In this document: positions 27,261 to 32,000 of the stretch, piece by piece
Numbering within the stretch: position 1 is the stretch's first letter
Layout: every line of letters starts with the position of its first letter
From: Methanococcus maripaludis
GTDB taxonomy: Archaea > AGJL01 > Methanococci > Methanococcales > Methanococcaceae
Direction: 5' to 3'
Assembly (NCBI RefSeq): GCF_002945325.1
Contig: NZ_CP026606.1
Location: 690,001-722,000 of the forward strand
Length of the DNA: 32,000 bases
Position numbers and translations under genes: made by a program
Notes under the pieces: generated by a model
What the model was told of the DNA's origin: nothing
Database searches by the model: none
What the model saw: the letters and a program-made list of their open reading frames with translations, nothing else

Positions 27261-27680
27261 TTATATTCCAAAAAATAAATCTATTTCACGTTCTGCACTT
27301 TCTAAACTGTCTGACGCATGAATTATATTTGCAGGAGTGTATAGTCCAAAATCTCCGCGAATAGTTCCAGGTTCTGCATCGCACGGACAAGTATTTCCAA
27401 GCATTTTCCTAACAGTTGAAATTGCGCGCTCTCCTTTAATAACCATTGCAACTATTCTGCCCGAAGTCATGAACTTTATCAATATTTCGTAAAACTCTTT
27501 TCCTTTGTGTTCACCGTAATATTCTTCTGCCATTTTTCCAGTGAGAGTCAGCATTCTCATTTCAACGATTTCAAATCCCCTATCTTCAAATCTTTGAATT
27601 ACCCGTCCAACAAGCTTTCTTTCAACGGTATCCGGCTTTAATGCCACAAATGTTCTTTCCACTTCGTTTTCACAGACCAT
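27261..27680 (-). CDS. ndk: Nucleoside diphosphate kinase
   Basis: 'TFVALKPDTVERKLVGRVIQRFEDRGFEIVEMRML', 'GTIRGDFGL...NIIHASDS'. Confidence 0.97.
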   Translation of the reverse strand: MVCENEVERTFVALKPDTVERKLVGRVIQRFEDRGFEIVEMRMLTLTGKMAEEYYGEHKGKEFYEILIKFMTSGRIVAMVIKGERAISTVRKMLGNTCPCDAEPGTIRGDFGLYTPANIIHASDSLESAEREIDLFFGI

Positions 27681-27879
27681 ATTATCCCCCGATTTTTAAT
27701 TTTATTTTAATTTTAATTTTCTTAAAGTATTATTTATTTTGGTTGTAGTTAAAAGTATACTAATTATTTATAAAAACTAAAATTTAAGATTAGAAATATT
27801 AAAATAAAAGATAAAAACATCATATGTAAAAACCATTGATTAATTTTATTTAGATCGTTAAAAATAAAACGGTGATTAA

Positions 27880-28356
27880 GTGATAACGATAATTATGGGA
27901 AGTAAAAGCGATGTAAAAATTGCAGAAAAGGCAGTTTCTATTTTAAAAGAATTTGAAATTGATTATGAGGTAAGAGTGGCTTCAGCACACAGAACCCCCG
28001 AATTAGTCGAAAAAATTGTTAAAAATTCAAAATCAAAAGTATTTATCGCAATTGCAGGACTTGCAGCGCATTTACCAGGAGTTGTTGCAGCAATGACTAC
28101 AAAACCTGTTATTGCAGTCCCTGTTGAAAGTAAACTGGATGGACTCGATGCACTTTTAAGCGCTGTTCAGATGCCTCCAGGAATTCCTGCAGCTTGTGTT
28201 GGAATTGATAGGGGGGAAAATGCCGCAATTTTAGCTGCTGAAATGCTCTCCATTTCTGATGAAAGAATTGAAAAAAAATTAGCTGAATTTAGAGAAAATC
28301 AGAAAGAAAAAATATTTTCAGATGATTTAGAAGTTTCTTCACTTTTTAAAAACTAA
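27880..28356 (+). CDS. purE: 5-(carboxyamino)imidazole ribonucleotide mutase/AIR carboxylase catalytic subunit
   Basis: '[38 protein letters not shown]', '[26 protein letters not shown]'. GTG start with GGTGATT upstream. Confidence 0.96.
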   Translation: MITIIMGSKSDVKIAEKAVSILKEFEIDYEVRVASAHRTPELVEKIVKNSKSKVFIAIAGLAAHLPGVVAAMTTKPVIAVPVESKLDGLDALLSAVQMPPGIPAACVGIDRGENAAILAAEMLSISDERIEKKLAEFRENQKEKIFSDDLEVSSLFKN

Positions 28357-28357
28357 A

Positions 28358-30250
28358 TTAAAATTCTACGTAAATATCTTTTCCTTTTTTCATGGCGCTT
28401 GCCAGATCTTTTCCGATTGCAGTTTTTTTACTGATATTTACCGTACCGTTTGAACTGACTGTTGCAGTGCACGCGTACTCCCCATCAATGTAAATCTTAA
28501 TATTTGCACCGATATAATCTTCTCCAAGTTCAACAATAACGTGTTTTCCAGTTTGACTCAGTTTTGTTGATTCATAATCATTTATAAATTCGTAAGTTTC
28601 AAAATCTTTTTCATTTTCTACGAATTCATCTTTTTCCCCGACACTTATTCTTAAACCAGTTATTTCTTCGAGTTTCGAGATTTCTTTTCCGCCTTTTCCA
28701 ATTATTGCAGGAATGAACTTTTCTAAAACTTTTACTTCAACAGTATCTTTGTTTACAACCCTAATATCCGGCCTTGATTTTTTTGGAAGGTGTTTTTTCA
28801 AAACTTCTGAAATTTTTTCTTCTGCGTATGCTAAAACAGCCCCTCTTGATTCAGTAGTTTCTTTTATCGGCATTACTACAACTTGTTCCCCGTAGGTATA
28901 TATTTCATATTCGGGGGTTTTTGTTAAAAAGTCGACTACTTCAATTACAGGTCTTGCAAGGTCTGCTTCTTTCATTCCATGCGGAACTTTAACATTAAAT
29001 TCCACTTCATAGACTTTTCCAATCTTACCATTTTCAATAAAAACTACAGTATCAACAATTTGTGGAATTATTCCAAGTTCAACTCTTCCAATAAGCCTTT
29101 GAATTGAATCTATTGCTTTTGAAGCGTGAACTACACCAACCATTCCAACTCCGGCCATCCTCATGTCCGCAAAAATCTCAAAATCCTTTGTTTTACGAAC
29201 TTCATCGTATATCGTGTAGTCGGGCCTTACCAAAAGTAAAATATCGCAAGTTTTTTCCATGCTTCCTTCAAGCGGTGCGTACTGCGTAATTTCCTCATCA
29301 ACTTGCAAATCACGTGGACTTTCCATTGTTTTTACGATTTTATCCATATTTTTGTATCTTTCAGCAAGTGCTGAAACGAATGTAGATTTACCGCTTCCGG
29401 GAGCTCCTGAAACAAAAATACCTTCTGCACTATCCAATCGTACTTTTAAGTCTTCAGAAAGGTTGTAATCTTCCAAAGAAACTTTTGTAATTGGCCTAAC
29501 TGCAGTAACTTCTAAAGCTTCTGAGAAAGGAGGTCTTGCAATAGAAATCCTTAAATTTCCAAGCTGAATTACAGTTGCTCCCCTTCGTTCAATTTCTACA
29601 AGTCCGTGATTTTGCTCAGTATATTTTAAAATATTGTCGATTATTACTTTTATTTCAGTTCTATTCATTATTTCGTCAGCAAATGGAATCAGTCTAACTT
29701 TTCCAGGTCTTCCTTTTTTAACATAGGGTAAACAGTTTTCTTTTAAGTGAACTGAACTTGTAATTTCATCAAAATATTCAATTAATTTTAAATCTACCTT
29801 TTCTTCATGAACTTTTAAGAAATGTGCACTGATATTTTGAGCAATTGCCAGATTGTACTGGATTTTGTCACTTGTAAAAAGTATCGAATCTGTATCTTTT
29901 GCAACTTTTCTAATCATTGCATCTATTTCACCTGCTCTTGCAAGCGAAACTTCGCCGGTTGAAGGTCTTTCTCCATAATACTCGAGTAATATCTCATTTT
30001 CTTTTGCAACAGTTACAAGTTTTTTTAATTCTTCAATTCCAAAATAGCCAATTTCCCGCCCTTTATTTGCTTGCGCTTCTAATTCAGAAATTACTGCTTC
30101 TGGAACAATTATTTTACATTTTTCAATTCTGCCGTCAAGTATTAATTCTGTAATTCTACCATCAATAACCACGCAGGTGTCTACAGTAATTTTACATTCC
30201 TTAAACTTTTTATTTTCATTTAAATTTTGATTAATCTCTTCGATAGACAT
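28358..30250 (-). CDS. PIN domain + PilT/secretion-type ATPase + KH domain protein (COG1855-type)
   Basis: PIN '[38 protein letters not shown]', Walker A '[18 protein letters not shown]', KH-like '[25 protein letters not shown]'. Confidence 0.9.
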   Translation of the reverse strand: MSIEEINQNLNENKKFKECKITVDTCVVIDGRITELILDGRIEKCKIIVPEAVISELEAQANKGREIGYFGIEELKKLVTVAKENEILLEYYGERPSTGEVSLARAGEIDAMIRKVAKDTDSILFTSDKIQYNLAIAQNISAHFLKVHEEKVDLKLIEYFDEITSSVHLKENCLPYVKKGRPGKVRLIPFADEIMNRTEIKVIIDNILKYTEQNHGLVEIERRGATVIQLGNLRISIARPPFSEALEVTAVRPITKVSLEDYNLSEDLKVRLDSAEGIFVSGAPGSGKSTFVSALAERYKNMDKIVKTMESPRDLQVDEEITQYAPLEGSMEKTCDILLLVRPDYTIYDEVRKTKDFEIFADMRMAGVGMVGVVHASKAIDSIQRLIGRVELGIIPQIVDTVVFIENGKIGKVYEVEFNVKVPHGMKEADLARPVIEVVDFLTKTPEYEIYTYGEQVVVMPIKETTESRGAVLAYAEEKISEVLKKHLPKKSRPDIRVVNKDTVEVKVLEKFIPAIIGKGGKEISKLEEITGLRISVGEKDEFVENEKDFETYEFINDYESTKLSQTGKHVIVELGEDYIGANIKIYIDGEYACTATVSSNGTVNISKKTAIGKDLASAMKKGKDIYVEF

Positions 30251-30310
30251 AGTCTCACCATAAAAACGATAAAAAATATTTAAAATTTAAAAAATAAGTT
30301 AAATTAAATA

Positions 30311-30709
30311 TTAATCTAATTTAGTCCCAATAACGGTAGAATCTCCAGTATTTAAATCAATCTTGTTGTGAAAACACGACATATATCCTTCATGACAGGC
30401 CCATCCGGTCTGTTCAACCGTGAAAAGAAGTGCATCTCCGTCACAATCCCGATATACATCTATTATTTTTTGGACGTTTTTGCTTTCTTCGCCCTTTTTC
30501 CAGATTTTATCCCTGCTTGTAGAGTAGTAGTGCATATATCCTGTTTCAATTGATTTTTCTAATGATTCTTCGCTCATAAATGCAGTCATTAAAACATTTT
30601 TTTGTTTATCTGTCGAAATTGCCATCAACAGCTTTTTTCCGTCGATATTTCTAAATTTCAAATCCATATTTTTTATAATTTCTTTTATATTTTTGTCCAT
30701 TTTTTCCAC
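30311..30709 (-). CDS. hisI: Phosphoribosyl-AMP cyclohydrolase
   Basis: '[33 protein letters not shown]', '[26 protein letters not shown]'. Confidence 0.95.
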   Translation of the reverse strand: MEKMDKNIKEIIKNMDLKFRNIDGKKLLMAISTDKQKNVLMTAFMSEESLEKSIETGYMHYYSTSRDKIWKKGEESKNVQKIIDVYRDCDGDALLFTVEQTGWACHEGYMSCFHNKIDLNTGDSTVIGTKLD

Positions 30710-30720
30710 AGATGTTTTAA

Positions 30721-31698
30721 CTATTTTATTATTTCATATCCTGAATTATTTGCTTTTGTAGATATAATCTCGCCTTCAATTCCAAATTTATCGAAAAATT
30801 CATTGGAAATTTCAGTTATTGTATCTTTATCCCCTAAAGAATAAATTGTTGGACCAAAACTTGAAATTCCACTGTATGAAACTTCTTGAAGCTTTGATAA
30901 TAATCCTTTTAAACTTTCTTTTTGAAGTCCAACTTCTGCACGTTTGAATCCTAAATTTTGAAGTTCATTTACAACTTTTCCAAATGAATCAAAGTCTTTT
31001 TCGATAACTGCGGGCATCATTTTCATTAAAACTAGCCTGCATATTTTTTGAACGTCTTCGGTTGGAACTGGACAGAATTTTCTAAATATGTCAACTTCCC
31101 TGTCTCCACAGACCTGTTCTCCTTTTGGAATTGTTAAAACAATATCCCAGTCAAAATCGTGTCGGAATAGTACAGGAGAGGGTTTTACATCCTTTGATGC
31201 TGAGGAAGGCCTAAAATCAATTTTATCTTTTCCTTCACCAAAAGTATGGCCCCCATCAACAATGAATCCGCCAGTTTCAAAAGCTGCCACACCAATTCCT
31301 GAAGTTCCGCCCCTTCCAGTAATTTTTGCCAGTGTTTCTGCGTTTAAATCTACGCCATAAACTAATGAAGTAATTTTTCCAGTAGAAAGTGAAACTTGTG
31401 TTCCACTTCCAAGTCCAGAATGGGATAAAATCGCGTCATTTACTTTTAAACTTATTCCACTTTCCCCAATAACATCTAAAACATTTTTCGCCGCATTTTT
31501 AATTCTTGATTCCAAATTTTCTTTATCTTTCTCATAAATTTCAATTCTAAAATCTATTTCTATCTCGCTACTTTCTTTTCCTTCAATTTGAAAATTAGGG
31601 TAATCCAGAGCAACTCCCACTCCACCATCAACCCTTCCAATTTCTCCGTTTAAATCAATTAATCCCATATGTATTCTGGAAGGAGAATTCAACTTCAT
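30721..31698 (-). CDS. Beta-ribofuranosylaminobenzene 5'-phosphate synthase (methanopterin pathway, GHMP-like)
   Basis: '[27 protein letters not shown]', '[17 protein letters not shown]', '[27 protein letters not shown]'. Confidence 0.88.
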   Translation of the reverse strand: MKLNSPSRIHMGLIDLNGEIGRVDGGVGVALDYPNFQIEGKESSEIEIDFRIEIYEKDKENLESRIKNAAKNVLDVIGESGISLKVNDAILSHSGLGSGTQVSLSTGKITSLVYGVDLNAETLAKITGRGGTSGIGVAAFETGGFIVDGGHTFGEGKDKIDFRPSSASKDVKPSPVLFRHDFDWDIVLTIPKGEQVCGDREVDIFRKFCPVPTEDVQKICRLVLMKMMPAVIEKDFDSFGKVVNELQNLGFKRAEVGLQKESLKGLLSKLQEVSYSGISSFGPTIYSLGDKDTITEISNEFFDKFGIEGEIISTKANNSGYEIIK

Positions 31699-31710
31699 TA
31701 AACTTCACCT

Positions 31711-32000
31711 TTAAATCATTGCCTCTATCAAGTCGCCCCTTGTTACAATCCCAACCAATTTCTCGCCTTCAACTACAGGTAATCTTTTTATTTTATTTTT
31801 TACCATTACTTCTGCTGCATTCGTTATCGGGGTTTCTGAAGATACACTGACTACTTTTTCAGACATTGCTTCAAAAACTTCTGTTCTTAATGCATTTTCC
31901 ATGTCTCCCTTAAATTCTTCAATTTTTATCGCAGTTTTTAACGGTAACTCAATTAAATCAAAAGGAGATGGAAGCACTAAACTAAACCTATCGTCATGTG
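31711..32000 (-). CDS. CBS-domain protein (truncated by right window edge)
   Basis: 'EVFEAMSEKVVSVSSETPITNAAEVMVKNKIKRLPVVEGEKLVGIVTRGDLI'. Frame stays open past the GTG at 31977 to the window end (..HDDRFSLVLPSPFDL). Confidence 0.9.
   Translation of the reverse strand, partial: HDDRFSLVLPSPFDLIELPLKTAIKIEEFKGDMENALRTEVFEAMSEKVVSVSSETPITNAAEVMVKNKIKRLPVVEGEKLVGIVTRGDLIEAMI

Noticed and set aside
31711-31977. Start codon at 31977 for the last CBS ORF
   Set aside because: The GTG is an in-frame valine; the frame continues to base 32000, so the gene is cut by the window edge.

Overview
This is a 32 kb, AT-rich archaeal chromosomal segment. Protein content and signals (GGTGAT-type ribosome binding sites, TTTATATA boxes) look like a Methanococcus, M. 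maripaludis-like. It is mostly core metabolism and information processing. Main genes, left to right: indolepyruvate:ferredoxin oxidoreductase (iorA cut by the left edge, then iorB) plus a phenylacetate-CoA ligase; a secreted SCP2-like protein with two methanogen-marker-type genes; Taw3; a DsrE/TusA pair; a SWIM-finger protein divergent from a fused-subunit 2-oxoacid:ferredoxin oxidoreductase; AGOG glycosylase; rubredoxin (missed by the ORF track); COG1325/HypA; ribosomal L15e; aIF2-beta; Nmd3; homoserine kinase; a PQQ-like beta-propeller protein; class I aldolase; an AIR-synthase/HypE-like protein; NAC; HypD; an operon-like set of CBS-ParB, DUF504 and TrkA-N/DHH proteins; aIF5B; Ndk; PurE; a PIN/PilT-type ATPase/KH protein; HisI; RFAP synthase; and a CBS protein cut by the right edge. 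I see no CRISPR array, prophage, transposase or recognisable defence island. The strongest unexplained signal is the ~0.93 kb gene-free gap at 12119-13054. It holds a chain of hairpins behind a promoter-like sequence on the + strand. It also holds a compact minus-strand element with a perfect 14-bp terminal stem, an archaeal BRE/TATA ~25 nt upstream and a T7 tract just after the stem. Both are candidate undescribed non-coding RNAs. A likely 42-aa single-TM small protein (2776-2904, minus) is also absent from the ORF track.
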